NCBI GenBank assembly: GCA_951406725.2
Contig: OX597832.1
Coordinates: 124,001-188,000, forward strand
DNA from: Octopus vulgaris
Taxonomy: Eukaryota
Length of the DNA stretch: 64,000 nucleotides
Direction of reading: 5' to 3'
Each line of letters starts with the position of its first letter. Position 1 is the stretch's first letter. A program made the translations under genes and the position numbers. The notes below the pieces were generated by a model. That model was not told the origin of the DNA and searched no databases. It saw only the letters and a list, made by a program, of their open reading frames with translations. Shown here piece by piece: positions 27,641 through 41,455 of the stretch.

Positions 27641-28474
27641 CAAGGTGGTGTCAAAAGATTCCCGGATTAGTAATCTATATATATAAAATTTAATATAAAA
27701 TAACTTAGTTACCTAACTTTTAGTATCATCTCCTTTGGAATAGTCACCTTGTGCAGCAACATACCTGTCCCAGCATTCCTGCCACTTTTGGAATCTGGCT
27801 TGGAAGTCATTTTTGTAATTGAGTTGAGAACCTTCTGTAATTCGAAAATGGCAACCTTTGAACTGCATTTTGATCTTGGTGAAGAGATGGAAGTCTGCAG
27901 GTATTAAATCTGGTGAATAGGGTGAGTACAGAAGCAATACCATGTTGCTTTTGGTGCGAAACTCACAAGAGAGGAAAACTCAGTGAAAAATCCATTTCTT
28001 CACATTCCACACATCCAGTCACTTTCACTGAATGTCCTCCCTGCTTCAAAACATTGCAGTAGAATTCTTGATGCACAGTACCATATTTCCAGGAGTGATG
28101 TTCAGGGCAGGTCTTTCAGACCACTTATTGTCTTCCAGGGACATTCTTCCATTTTGAAGCACCCGTGCCACTCAAAACATTCCATATGACCCATTACCTT
28201 GTTACCATAAGCTTGCCAAAGCATGCTCAATGGCTCTGTAGCAGACTTCCCAAGTTTAACACAAAATTTCTTTATTCCTCTCCATGACATAATCGCGAAC
28301 TACAGCATATATATGATCACAAAAATACAAATTTTACAACTTGCAAAGTAAACAGTGATGTCACTTGGCACTGCCTCATGAAGGTCACTGCTAGCTCTCA
28401 CTGCGTACGCAACCATGTGCCACCATCTGTTGGTGCTCTATAGAACTAATCTGGGAACTTTTTGATACCACCTT
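27641..28474 (-). mobile_element. Decayed mariner (same family as 39090-40763)
   Basis: TIR caaggtggtgtcaaaa / ttttgataccaccttg; IKKFCVKLGKSATE and YSPDL.PADFHLF motifs. Confidence 0.9.
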
Positions 28475-28606
28475 GTGATACATACATACATATATATATA
28501 CATACATACATACATATTTCTTTCCTTCCCTGAGCATCTGCTAATATATTACATGTATCACATCCTTGCATTATGTTTTTTCGTGTTTGTTCTTTTTGGG
28601 ATTTAC

Positions 28607-28646
<40 letters not shown>

Positions 28647-28764
28647 CGCACATACATACATATATATATATATGTTTATATATATACATATATCATCATC
28701 ATCATCGTTAACGTCCGTTTTCTGTGCTAGCACGGGTTGGACAATACATACATATATATATCTA

Positions 28765-29410
28765 CGGCATATGTGGTAATGACCTTCAAACAATAAAGGT
28801 CCAGACCAACTTCAAGTGGTTCTTTCAGTTCATGACACACATTCAATCATAACTGCTTTTGATCTTCCGTCAGAAAGTGGGGTACAAATTTTGCTTTAAC
28901 TCTTTTCATTTGCAATCTTCACGCAAAATTTGTTGACATGAGTTCCAGGACACACCAGTCATCAACAAGTTCGTCAATTGTCTGGCGAAGGTCATTGAAG
29001 ATCAGTTCATGAATTTTTGTGATGTTTTCATTTGATTGGGAGGTCAACGGTCGCCCTGAACAAGGTTGGTCTTCAAGTGATAAGTGACCATTTTTAAAGC
29101 GTAAAAACCACTTGTAAACTTGTGTTTTGCTCATGGCAGCGCCCTTGTAAGTGGTTTACAGCATGACAACTGTTTCAGCTGCCATTTTTCCCAGCTGGAA
29201 ACAGAATTGCATGGAAGCATGCTGTTTCTTCATTTCAGCCATCAGCCAAATTGATGACCAGGGGAGAAGCTCTGCATGACAGAATGACCCAACTTGCCTC
29301 TGCCAATCAGCAGACTGATACCTGAGGGTGACTTCTAGTGGCGGAAGCCTGAACTACATGGGGCTTATCCCACAGAAAACGTTTCCGCTTACTTTTGGGT
29401 ACCTCCTCAT
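28765..29410 (-). mobile_element. Mariner 5' fragment
   Basis: MSKTQVYKWFLRFKNG..SLED..CSGRP helix-turn-helix region. Confidence 0.8.
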
Positions 29411-29419
29411 ATACACATA

Positions 29420-30470
29420 TTCACAACTCACCACAACTGCTTAATAAATACAAGGCCTTCACTACATGTAAGCACAAATTCTTCCGCACTTTTAAATTCT
29501 TTCATAAATCTAAATGTAAGCCCCCTCCCCCACGAATATCACTTACATACAAACCCCTATGATCATTAACACATACCCCTTCTATATCTCTATAACTCTT
29601 AATTCTACCTAATATCTTACCTCTCTTATATCTACCTTACCTCATCACACTATGAGATAAATATTCTTTAATTTATCCTTTATTTTTAAACTTTAACCCA
29701 ATAAATCTCCTAACTCTAACTCCCACTCATAAATAATTTAACATTCAACTAGCTCTTCCATTCTCAATTACCAATAACTCCATTGCTAAAAATGGACACA
29801 AACAGTTACTACTAAACTTCCTCCCCAACAACTTTAGACTTTAAGACAACCAGATGTCTACTACTCTCTCTAAATTCTTTTCATTTTGCTCTATTTTTTT
29901 ACTCTATCTTCCTTTACCTCCTCACCCTCTCTCTTGTCTTCTCAGCTACCTCTTACAGGTTTCTTAGACACCATACACCTCTGTATCTTACTTTAGCCTA
30001 TAGCCAATCCTTAAATTCCCACCCCCACCCTCACTCTGTCTACTTCTCTATTTTTTTTCTTCTTTCCCTTTACCACTGAATAGCTACCTCCCCTACCATT
30101 CTGTTATTGAACATTGATATGCTCACATCTTTTTTCTCAGGATGTCTGCTATATCAGGATTTTAACCCACATGGATCTACACAAGATTACACCTAAGGGC
30201 TCATGTCCCTGTTTTTATAACTTCAGAAAGTTGAATTATGAACTTTTGTGCTTCTTTTTCTTCTTTCTTTTCCTTCACCTTATTCTTTTACTCTGTTGTC
30301 ATTTCATTAATATATAACATTCTCATTTTCCCTATTTATCTCTGATGACAGAATATCCCATACTCGGAGGTATCCCAGAAACAGCTGTAAGACTGAATTT
30401 TTTCCAATAATAATATTGTATACAACTTGAGGTGTCTGCCTTGCCTTAATGTTTGTTGTCCTCTTTAACA
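29420..30470 (+). mobile_element. Penelope-like 3' end with hammerhead
   Basis: Begins with an LLNK....TTCKH-like endonuclease tail, then a pyrimidine-rich UTR, a hammerhead at 30339-30392, and (TA)n. Confidence 0.6.
30339..30392 (+). ncRNA. Minimal type I hammerhead ribozyme
   Basis: tct-CTGATGA-imperfect stem II-GAAAC-agct-GTA-aga; palindromic stem III ACAGCTGT. Confidence 0.7.
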
Positions 30471-30484
30471 ATTATAAATATATA

Positions 30485-30542
<58 letters not shown>

Positions 30543-30545
<3 letters not shown>

Positions 30546-31620
30546 CCCACACTGCTGCACTTGCCCTTACCTCTCCAACACCACCTTCCTCACCGGCACC
30601 ATCATCGACCCTATCATATCACCAACTCCTTCACCTACCCTTCTACCAATATCATCTACTGCATCTCCTGCTCTCTCTCTGCCCTTCTCTATAGATCAGG
30701 CAAACGGGACGCTGCTTGGCTGACTGGTTCGTGGAACACAGCCGAGACATCCAACTCGGCAATGACACCCTGGTCTTGCACCAGTTACTCCTTGCAACAC
30801 CTGTCCATGTTCGGATTGTCCTTGCGCCGTGAACAGTGATTAATCTTCTCTTCGCTCCTTTGCGCCACATGAGCTCAACTCTCCTCCACTCTTCATCTAA
30901 CCTCCACGCCTCACCTACTCCCTCCCACACACCTACTTCCTCCCACGCATCTACTTCCTCCCACACATCTCTCCTCTCTTGCTCCGACTCCTACTTCTCT
31001 TCACTCCTACCCACCTCCCTTCCCCCTCTCCCTTCATTGTCACCCTTCCCTCATAACCCCCCACACGAGCCAACCCAACCATCCCTATCCATCCCACCCC
31101 CACCCTCAGCCTACCTACATACCCTTCCTCTAACCCACACCCCACCTTTGCTTTCCCCACTCTTGCCTCCCCCACACCCCAACACCACCATACCACACAT
31201 CACTACACCATACACCACCTTACCACAATACATTACATCACACCACCATGCACACACTAGCACTGACCACTTCCCAGCCCCACATCCACACACCTACACA
31301 TATACATGCACACACATCAAGGTTACCAGCCCTCTTCAACACATACATGCATGCACGTGCACCTTCATGTTGGGATCACCACTTCTTTATTATCTCCCCT
31401 TCTTCCTAGCTCTCCTGTGTGATCCCTCTGTCCAGCATTCGCCATGATAGATCGCTAGCCACTACACATTCTTTATTTCCTCTCCTTATTTCTGTGTTCC
31501 TTTCTGTGGAAAGCATATGCTCGATACATTAAAGACTTTCACTTCCCAAGTGTTAAGCCAATATATCTGTTTGTTGTCTACACCTGTCTTTGTCATTTTT
31601 TTTGTGAATTCTCTCCCTAT
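30543..31620 (+). mobile_element. Penelope-like 3' fragment (GIY-YIG endonuclease + UTR)
   Basis: NIIYCISCSL.PSL..GQTGRCLADWFVEH.RDI across frameshifts. The 3' end with a decayed hammerhead-like motif is shared with 63010-63195. Confidence 0.8.
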
Positions 31621-32419
31621 ATCACACACACACACACACACATATACACATATGTATACACACATAAATACACATATATATACATACATATATTTATACA
31701 CACACACGCATATGTATATAACTTAACCAAGTGGTCTTAAATTCACTACTACTTTGTCTTCTACTAATGCCTCATTCCATCGCAACACCTGTGTAATAAG
31801 AAATGGCTGTGGATCCGTCCATATTTAATACCCCCTATCATCACCCATCTTTACTATTGGTCATCACTCCATGTCACTTTTCATTAAAAACTACTACTCT
31901 CACCACTTTTTTCTATCGCTATTCTGCACTCTTACCACCAACTACTTAGATGGTGATAGGAAAGGGCATCTGGCCAGAGACATCATACCAAAAATAGAGT
32001 GTGTGAGTGAAGTTTGGTTCCCAAATCAACTAGTAACATCATCAAGTATTCCACAAGATAAGATCCCTTGATTGTGTTGGGGTGGCCTCATGCCAGGTGT
32101 TCAGAGGCTAAAGTATGATAAAAGGACATGAATAGGTGTCTTGTTGTAGAGGAGATACATGAACACATGCTGTTTCGAGTTAGAAAGAGAATGCTGGAGA
32201 TGAGGTGCCAGGATGTATTCTCAGGGTATAAGGCGGGATAAAGAGAAAAAAGGGACAGAATTGAGGATGAGTTTATTTGCAAGAGTGTAAAAGAAGAGTA
32301 GCAAAAGTTTAAAAATAGTGGATGAGGCAAATGCATGGAATAGAGAACATGTGTCTGTGTATGTTGAGTTTTGTAATTTAAGTGGGATTATTATTGTTAT
32401 AAAGCTGGTAATGTTTAGG

Positions 32420-34631
32420 TCTCAGCTTGGAGACCCTGCTTTAGGTGTGCAGTGAGATGGTTGAGCAAAACTCTAGCCAGGATCTTGCCTGTGATGGACA
32501 GCAGTGAAATTCCGCAATGATTGTCGCAGATCTGGTGGTTTCCATTTCGCTTGTAGAGGTGGATGATAGAGGCGTCCTTGAAGTCTTGAGGCACTGTCTC
32601 GTGCATCCAGATGAGCTGAAACAGCTGGTGAATTTTCCTGGTCAGTGTCATACCGCCTTCTTTGAATACTTCAGCTGGGATGGAGTCCGAACCAGGTGCT
32701 TTGTCACTGGACAGTAGGTGGCATGCTTTCTGAATTTCCTCCAAAGCTGGTTCAACGTCCATTGACTCCTCAACGGGGACTTGAGGTAGCCTATCGATGG
32801 CTTCACCATTGATGGTGGAAGGCCTATTCAGGACGCTGTCAAAATGTTCAGCCCATCTCTCTAATACCTTTTCCTTTTCGGTGATCAATGTTGCCCCGTC
32901 AGCACTAAGGAGGGGAGACAGTGTTCTTGCAGTAGTAGGTCCATAAACTTCCTTCAAGCTGCCATATAAATTCTTCATATCATTTCTGTCTGTAAAGCCC
33001 TGGATCATGTCTGCTTTACTTCTAAGCCAGGAATCCTGCATCTGGCGCAACTTCGTTTGGATTTTGCTCCATACAATCCGCAGTCTGTCCTTCTTTGAAA
33101 CTGACTTGAGGTCAGTGAGGTGAGCTTTGTAAACACGATGCTTTTCCTCTAGTAGTTGCTTGATCTTTGCGCAGTTCTCATCAAGCCAGTCCTTATGTGG
33201 CTTCCGGAAAGAGCGTGGGACTGTCGACATGGTGTTTGCTGCTAGACAGCAGCAGGAGAAGTGTCAGGACCAGTACGTCGACCTCTACTCCACCTACATC
33301 AACCTGACCAAGGCCTTTGTTACCGTTAGTAGAGAAAGTCTCTGGAGAATCTTGGCGAAGTATAGGTGCCCCAGAAAATTCATCACCATCGTAAGACAAC
33401 TACACGATGGCATGTTGGCAAGGGTACAGGACAACGGAGAGACCTCTGATCCATTCCCTGGCTCCAACGGAGTGAAGCAAGGATGTGTCGTTCCCACCTT
33501 GTTCAGCCTTACATTCTCAGCCATGCTGACAGATGCTTTCAGGGACACAGACATAGGCATCGGCATCTAGTACCGGTCCAATGGTTCAGTCTCCAACCTC
33601 GGGAGGCTCAAAGCGAAGACCGAGGTTTCAGTAGACACCGTGAACGACATCCTGTTCGCTGATGACTGCGCTCTCAATGCTGCCACTGAGTCCAACATGC
33701 AGCACAGCGTTGACTTGTTCTCTGGTGCCTGCAACAACTTTGGCCTTGCTATCAATATAAAAAAGACTGAGGTAATGTATCAGCCAGATCCAACCAAGCC
33801 CTATGTTGAACCCAACATCACCATCAACAGGCAGTGACTAAACATGGTAGACAAGTTCACCTACTTTGGCAGCACACTCTCTAGAAATGTTGTCATTGAT
33901 GACGAAGTCATGCCAGACTCGCCAAGGCAAGTGCTGCCTTTGGCAGACTACGCAAGACTGTCTGGGACAGGAGGGGAATCACCAACATGGCAAAGATCAA
34001 GGTGTACCGGGCTGTTGTTCTCACAATGCTGCTTTATGGCTGCGAGTCCTGGACGGTCTACTGTCGTCATGCCAGGAAGCTGAACCACTTTCATACAATA
34101 CGCCTCAGAAAACTTTTCGGCATAAAGTGGCAGGACAGGATCTCGGATACCGAGGTACTAATACATGCTAACCTGCCCAGCATCCATATCATCTAGATGC
34201 AGTCTCAGCTTCGTTGAGCAGGGCATGTAGCTTGCATGTCAGACGATCGATTACCAAAAAGATTGCTCTTTGGTGAGCTGCAAAAGGGAAAGTGCTCACA
34301 AGGTGGCCAGAAGAAGTGCTTTAAGGACACACTGAAAACCTCACAGAAAGCCTTCAACATCAACCATGACACTTGAGAGCAGTCTGCTTTAGACAGATAT
34401 GGGTGGCAATCAGCTGTCCACAAGAGTGCCAACACATGAGAGACCAATAGGATTGCTGCTGTAGAAGACCACAGACAAACCAGGAAGAACAGAGCTAACA
34501 ACCCTGTAGCAGGCGCTACCATTCCCTGTCCACACTGTCAAAGACTCACTAGCCATCTGCGGACTCACAAACAAGCCCACCCCCACCCCAGGATGACTAG
34601 ATGGTCATCATCGCATCGACGGACAAGCTAC
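32420..34631. mobile_element. RTE-BovB-like LINE with inverted 5' part
   Basis: Minus part DWLDEN...KAPGSDSIPAE...GISLLSITGKILAR...QGL. Plus part CGFRKERGTVDMVFAARQ...GVKQG...LFADD. TSD aatgtttagg at 32410-32419 and 34632-34641. Confidence 0.92.
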
Positions 34632-35737
34632 AATGTTTAGGATATATGTTAATCACTGATTGATTATTAAGTAATTGGATATACATTAATGAAACGAATA
34701 CTAATTTTTAGACTAAAATATTTGTAGAGGAAGATTTCTGAAGGGAGCTGTTCACATTCACTGCTAGCTTGCTGGTAAAGGATGAGGTCAGAAAGAGACA
34801 GGGGCAGACCCATCCACAATGGCTGCAAGAGAAATTCTGTTCTAGGTGGTTTGATTATTTTGTGTCATGGTTCATCCTCAGTACTCCTTTTCCTCAAATC
34901 CAGCTCTGCATACATTCTTGAAGACAAACTGGTGAATGATGTGTCACCAAGCCTTGCAGTTAACAGCTATCGTTGACCTTTGTGGATGATCAGTATGATA
35001 GCACTGAAAGATTTCTCCAGAAAGTCCTTGTACTTTTTCTATAATGCTACTTAGTCATGGTTGCCAGTGGAGTGTGTGACTTAAAGCACAATCTTGGGTA
35101 AGTGATTATCTTCCAGTCTAGAAACTTGCCCTGCAACATAGCTGCAACATATCAGTATGACTGCAATGCTAGTGTCTTCTGCCTGTTTGAGTACTTCAGT
35201 GTTGGTAACAGATTTATTCCAGTAGATGTTGAGAATGGTGCAGAGACAGCACTGATGAAAGTGCTCAAGGCTTGTAATCTATGACTTGAGTGATCGTTGT
35301 ACTTTTCCTCAGATGCTTTGTTGCTCCAGACTGGTGAAATATCTACTTTGGAACACCTCTTTTCTTTGGTTTGAGTTTGAAAAGAAGGCAAGCAATTGTC
35401 TTTATGTTACTCTGTACTGGGTATTATTCAGATGTGTAAGTCTTTCTCATGCACTAACATGTAGTCCATGTGGTGCTAATGTTAGGATGAAGGAAACATC
35501 TAGGTTGTCTTCACACTTTCTGCTGCAAAATATTAGTTAGGATGACAAGTGTATTACTGGCTCCCATCCATTACATCTTGGGTTCATCTACTGTGTCCTT
35601 TGTTTCCCGAATTGACCTACTCATAACAATATCAATAACAATAATATTGTTTAGCTATCAGTTGATTAAAGACACAACATGTTAATGCCATATAAGGTTG
35701 TGTGACCAAGATAAAATGTTTCCCTATTTTGTTACAG

Positions 35738-35865
35738 GTGTGGAAGATTTTGAAAATAAAGAGACTGAAGAGAAATTAAAGCAGCAACATATTGAGGCTG
35801 CTCGACGCGAGAACACTTTAGTTCTTCGTCTCACTACAAAAGAACAAGAATTACAAGATTATTTG
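35738..35865 (+). CDS. WTAP: WTAP internal coding exon (128 nt), (G)VEDFENKETEEKLKQQHIEAARRENTLVLRLTTKEQELQDYL
   Basis: ttttgttacag acceptor, gtatgt donor. Clear match to WTAP ESEEKLKQQQQESARRENILVMRLATKEQE. Confidence 0.95.
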
Positions 35866-36054
35866 GTATGTATACATTGGTTATAAACTTTAGTATATCT
35901 AATCTGTAAATGAAGCATATTCTATATGGATGTACTTTGAGTATAATATGGCTGCTATTCTAGTAGCTGAATCATCTTACTCAAATTACACCTCCTGTCT
36001 CAGAAAAAGAAAGGACATTTCATAATGTAGTGTTGTGTGCGTGTGTATTAAATC

Positions 36055-37265
36055 TGGATAACGTGCTACTGAGGTAGACAAATGTATCCACGAGTTTTAA
36101 CTTTGTACCCTTGGTGTATATCAATGGTGGGCCATATGGCTTGCCTGGAGCTGGTTGTAGCATGACAGTGGTCTCTTAAGTTCAAACTCATCGCATGGAG
36201 TTGAAAAGCATTCCAGTAGGAGCTGCAGGTCTTGCTCAGTGTGAGTTACAAGATCGCAATAATCAGAATAACAGAACATGAATGAGAGCCATGAAAGTTT
36301 GTTACTGCAGTAAAACAACAGATGTTGAAAACCTTTCCTGTTGTATGGTAACAGATGTAGATGCAAGCATCACTATATGCAAAATTGTGGATACATTTGT
36401 CTCCCTTAGTAGCACACTATATAAATTTAGTACACTTGACAAGTCTATAAGGTAATTTATAGACTTTCTAAGGCCTGTGATACATGCAGAAAGCTTGAAT
36501 CTAGGCTCTGCTCACAATTAGACATCAAAGCAGCAATAGAAATTAAGATCTATAAAGCATGTGTCTTAACTGGGTTGTTGTCTGGATAACCTACTGCAGG
36601 CATATCCAACGATTCCACCAGCAATACTTATTTAATGTCCTGAAGATCTTGTGCTGATTTCATGTGCCTGTTATGGGAGCACTGTAGCTAGTGAAAATGA
36701 CAAGTGTCAAGTCTATGATTATGAAACACCAACTTAGATGGTCTTGTTATCTTGTCCATTTAGAGGATACCTGCCTGCCAAAACAAGAATTGTATGATGA
36801 GCTGGGGCAAAGAAAACCTCCCCAGTGCAAGTATTTCAATAACAATCTTAAAGACATTTAAAAAGACCAATATCAATACTAACACTTGAGAAGATAGGGG
36901 TCTGTGAAGGAATCTAATTGCTACTGGTGTTGAAAAATTCAAGAACAACTGGTTTGCATACACCGAGTTGAAGCATGCTAGTAAATATATGGAGGATGTG
37001 AACCCTCTCCCTAACAAGAGTGCAAAAGAGTCTTTAATGTGATCATGTCTTCTCAAAGGCAGACTCACTCAGCTGCTAGTGTGGTCACAGATACACCAGC
37101 ATGTTCTCTTGTGCAGTGTGTGTGTTTCAGCTAGTGAACTCATTTGGCATTGTAAGTCCCAACATTCAGATGGTTGGGCTATTGCTTGAAGGCTATCTTG
37201 TGGTCAATGTGGAATGACTTGTAGGTCCCTTGCTGGCCTTAAAAATCATATGAGATGTCATCAGG
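36055..37265. mobile_element. Old RTE-BovB-like fragment, also with an inverted 5' piece
   Basis: Minus-strand DLVTHTEQDLQLLLECFS..C..F. The plus part continues VDTFV.LSSTL. About 30 bp is inverted-duplicated at 36065-36090 / 36388-36413. Confidence 0.55.
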
Positions 37266-39089
37266 CAATGGAGAGACCAAATGTGAGATGTTTCTTAGAG
37301 TCAAATGGGCTTAAGTAGTCTTACTCATCATGAATAGACTTCCGTTATGTATGCATGAACTGCAATGTAAGATATGTGTTTGTGTGCTTGTGCATGTATA
37401 TGTATGTATGCATGTACATATGTATGTATATTGTCCTGGCTATGACTTCAAATTGCTCTGGTTTGGAAGTTTCAGGGTTTTAAGCAATATGTTACTACCT
37501 ATTAGCCACTATTATTTTCAGATTCATTCAATCCTAGACTAGTTGCACTTGTTGGGGTCCCAGCTATGGGTTAACTAGCATATGTAATGACAATCCATCT
37601 GAGTGCAGTGACACGGAAATACCCTTGGTTGGTGTCAGAATGCTCTGTGAAACCACCAGGAGTAAGAGATGCCTAGCTATTGTCATAGTATCCTTCTTGG
37701 AGAGAGAGATACTGATATAAAAAGAAAGTGGTACTTGTGTTGTACAACTGTTTATCACTATAATTGAAAATGATGAACAGATGTCTCTTTAAAAGATGAC
37801 CTCATTTGTCATTCCATCTACTGAAAGTCCTATGGTGATAGAAAAGTAGGCAACATGTGCAGACCTAACCAGTTGGAATCACACTAAGTTACAACTTTCA
37901 TCTGTCACCTACACTTCAAACTATACCGATCTGCAACAGGACTGAACAATCATCTGAGAGGTCATGGATGGAAAGTCAGAAATGCTATTGACAACAAGAG
38001 AGCACAAGGAGATAACAATCATCTGTGAAAATGTAATAATCACTATGTATGTATGTACGTATGTATGTTGTATGTATACATGTGTGGTGGAAATCAACTT
38101 GTCACCAAGTAAGACCACTTCCTAAACCCATTAAGAAACATCTCATGTTTTGGTTTCCCCTTTGCTGATAATGTCTCATAATTCCTAAAGCCTGCGAGGG
38201 ACCTACAAGTCATTCTGCACTGATCACAAGTACATTCATTCATTCAACTTGTGTTTTTCCATGCTAGCATGGGTAGGAGGTAGTTATTTCAAGCAGAATT
38301 TTACAGGTGAAAATTCTTCCTGCCACTAATACACAGACCAGTCACTTTGTTCTTTAAAAGCACAAACTGACTGGTTATAATGATAATGAAGAGTGCCAGC
38401 TTCACCTCAACTTTACTCAACTGGTGACAAGCATGGAATATCAACTTTTGTGCAGGTACATACATAAACAAATAAATGCAGACATTTCATTTTTGAAAGA
38501 TATATTTATTTGGATATTTGCTAGTTGCAAAAGAGTTGATGGAGGTAACTTACAGAAAAGTGCATGGGATCAACCTGGAAATGGAGAACTAAAACAAGCA
38601 TTTAAAAAAGGCAACAAACCAGCAGGAAGATATGCACCATGTATGGAGAGGATGCTGTTACAGAATGTGTGTGCCAAAAGTGGTTTTCAAAATTTCGATC
38701 AGAAAATTTTTTGGTTCAAGATACACCTTACTGTGGCTGGCCAACTGAGCTTAACAGCAACAAAATGAAGGAGTTAGTCAACACCAACTCCTGCTATGCA
38801 ACCAAGATGATCACATATATTCTCCATATTGAGTGTTGAAAGCCATCTGCTTCAACTTCGCTCAATGTTTAAGTTTCACATCAATTGAATGAGGTTAATT
38901 CCTTGCCAAATAAATTTCCATCTATGATATGTTGCAGACATGTGAAGGGAACAAAGTTTGTTTGTTTTTTTTGTTTTTTTTTTATAGGAATAGTGGCTGG
39001 GGGATGAGAAATGGATCATCTTTAATAGGACTTCACCCAGAGAAGTTTATGCATTCAATTTGGTAGGATTGGATGGGCGTTCTCTTTTA

Positions 39090-40763
39090 TGAGGTGGTAT
39101 CAAAAGGTTCCTGGACTAGTTGTGTTTAATAAAAAATAACTTATTTACCTAAGTTTTAACATCATCTCCTTTGAAATAGTCACCTCATGCAGCAATACAT
39201 CAGTCTCAGCATTCCTGCCACTTTTGGAATCCAGCCTGGAAGTCGTTTTCCATTAGTTTGTTGAGGGCCTTCTGTGATTCACTCTGGATCTTGACAATGG
39301 TGTTAAAACGGCGACCTTTGACCTGCATTTTAATCTTGAGGAAGAGATGGAAGTCTACAGGTGCTTAATCTGGTGAATAGGGTGGTTACAGAAATGATAC
39401 CATGTTGCTTTTGGCAAGAAGCTCACAAGTGAAGAGAGCTCAGTGACTGTGCATTTTCGTTGTGAAGAATCCAATTCTTCATGCTCCACCAGGTCCGGTT
39501 GCTTTTGCCAAATGTCCTCCCTCAAACACTTCAAAATGTCACAGTAGAACTCTTGATTGACAGTCTGGCCTTGGGGGACAAATTCTCAATGCACAATATC
39601 ACATTTCTGGGAGTGATGCTCATGGCAGCGCTTCCAGATCATTCATCATCTTCCAGAGACAGTTTTCCGCTTTTGAAGCACCCGTGCTACTAGAAAAACA
39701 TTGCATATGACCCATTGTCTTGTCGCCATAAGCTTGCCAAAGCATGTTCAATGTCTCTGTAGTAGATTCCTCAAGTTTAACGCAAAATTTCATGTTGGCT
39801 CTTTGTTCCTGTCCATAACAAAATCATACACATGATCATGAAAACGCAAATTTCACAACTTGTGAAGTAAACACAGCAACATCACTCAGCACACTGCCTC
39901 ATAAAGGTCACTGCTAGCTCTCACTGCTTTTGTACCAGAATAACTCCATCAATATTAACCAAGTATTTTAATGATTTTTACATAATTTTGGTAAGGCTAC
40001 CCTTACTTAGCTGAAACTTTACTGTCATCATTAAGTTGCTATTGTTTGGCTATTATTGAGATTCTGTTAAAAACCTAACATCTCTGCAGAAGTTTAATTA
40101 ATCATTATACATTGAGTTAGTCACAGAAAATTAAATTGCTACATTAGTAGAGAAAATGGTTATATATGTGAAATAAGTGCCAAATACATTTTTTACTTTT
40201 AGTTTTATATATTCAAACCTTAAAAACATTATTCAAGGACTGATTCTCAGTATTTTTTAATTTTATGACATCTAAATCAGCTAAAGTAAATCATTATCTT
40301 TACAAGGAAAATTGAGGTCATGGCAGAATGTGGTGGACTGGTTTCTTGGATTGGTATAGTAATCCATGTTTCTGTCAAGAATAGCTAGAGCTTCATCTGC
40401 TCAATTTGCCCGCCACTTATGATGGCAATGTTCCTCAGTTGGCAGAAGACTCATTGCCCTTTCTTTGCTTATGGAGTAGAGTCCAGATGCTAAGAAAGGA
40501 AATTTTAATCCAGCAATTATGTATATTTATCTGTATTCAGATATCAACCAATAGCACATCACTGAAAAAGAGGTGATGCTCAGTGATACAGTAGGGATGG
40601 TACACATGGAGAAGATCATGATGAGGATGATGAATATATAGTATCATTGACATTAAAATGAAAACTTTAAAATGTCTTCTACTTAGTGAAACGTTTATAG
40701 ACACGTGTTGTCATCTATTGGTGTGCTACAGAACTAGTTCAGGAAATTTTTGCTAATACCTTA
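39090..40763 (-). mobile_element. Mariner B carrying ~785 bp of host intron sequence
   Basis: TA TSD; colinear with 27641-28474 except for the insert at 39927-40712. Confidence 0.88.
39927..40712 (+). repeat. Near-identical direct copy of 44189-44973
   Basis: Line-by-line identity with roughly 10 differences by eye. Confidence 0.97.
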
Positions 40764-41455
40764 TATGAGCTTCTTCCCATGGAAAGGACTGTTAATTTGG
40801 ATATCTACTTTGACCAGCTAGACAAATTAAATACAGTGATCCACCAGAAGTGTCCAGTACTTGTTAATTGTAAAGGCATTATCTTTCATCACAACAATGC
40901 CAGACTGCACATTTCTTTGCAGACATAACAGAAGTTACTAGGAAGTTTTGCCATACCCTTCATATTCACCCGACCTTGTACCCTTACACTTCCACCTGTT
41001 TTGGACTCTTCAAATTTTGTAAAAATTCACCTGGATGTGTTTCTCACCAGTAAAGTCAGGAAATTCTTTGAGCTGGGAATAATGGATCTGCCCACAAGAT
41101 GGCATAAGATACTGGAATAAAGTAACTATATCATTGATTAAATAAATTACTTTGCGTTTAAAAGTTGTGTCTTATTTTTGCTTAAAAATAACCAATTGAA
41201 CTTTTTGGCTGACTCAGTACATTAACAAACTTGTAGCACCAGGTAGTGTCCATACAGATAAAATAGTATGATAAGGAGTGTCTATTTACTTTTGCGATGT
41301 GTACGTATATGAAATAAAGTATTAGTGTTTAAGGGCCCATAAAATATATCCACTATATTTAAGAGTTCAGTTATTAACATATTGTAAAACTCCAATATAT
41401 CAATATATTATTACATTGCAATAATTTTAAATGGAATAAGTTTGTTACTTACTAC

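Larger units (their letters stand above)
38330..41219 (+). mobile_element. Decayed mariner A, interrupted by mariner B
   Basis: YGEDAVTE.VCQKWF.KFR, GDEKWI, HHNNAR.H, HT.HS.DL remnants. GVLF-YELLP is split at a duplicated TA (39088-89 / 40764-65). Confidence 0.8.

Noticed and set aside
27387-27643. YI/HT-repeat ORFs here and at many other loci
   Set aside because: Translations of (TA)n/(CA)n microsatellites.
30836-31447. 203-aa Pro/His/Thr-rich ORF
   Set aside because: C-rich 3' UTR of a Penelope-like element; compositional ORF.
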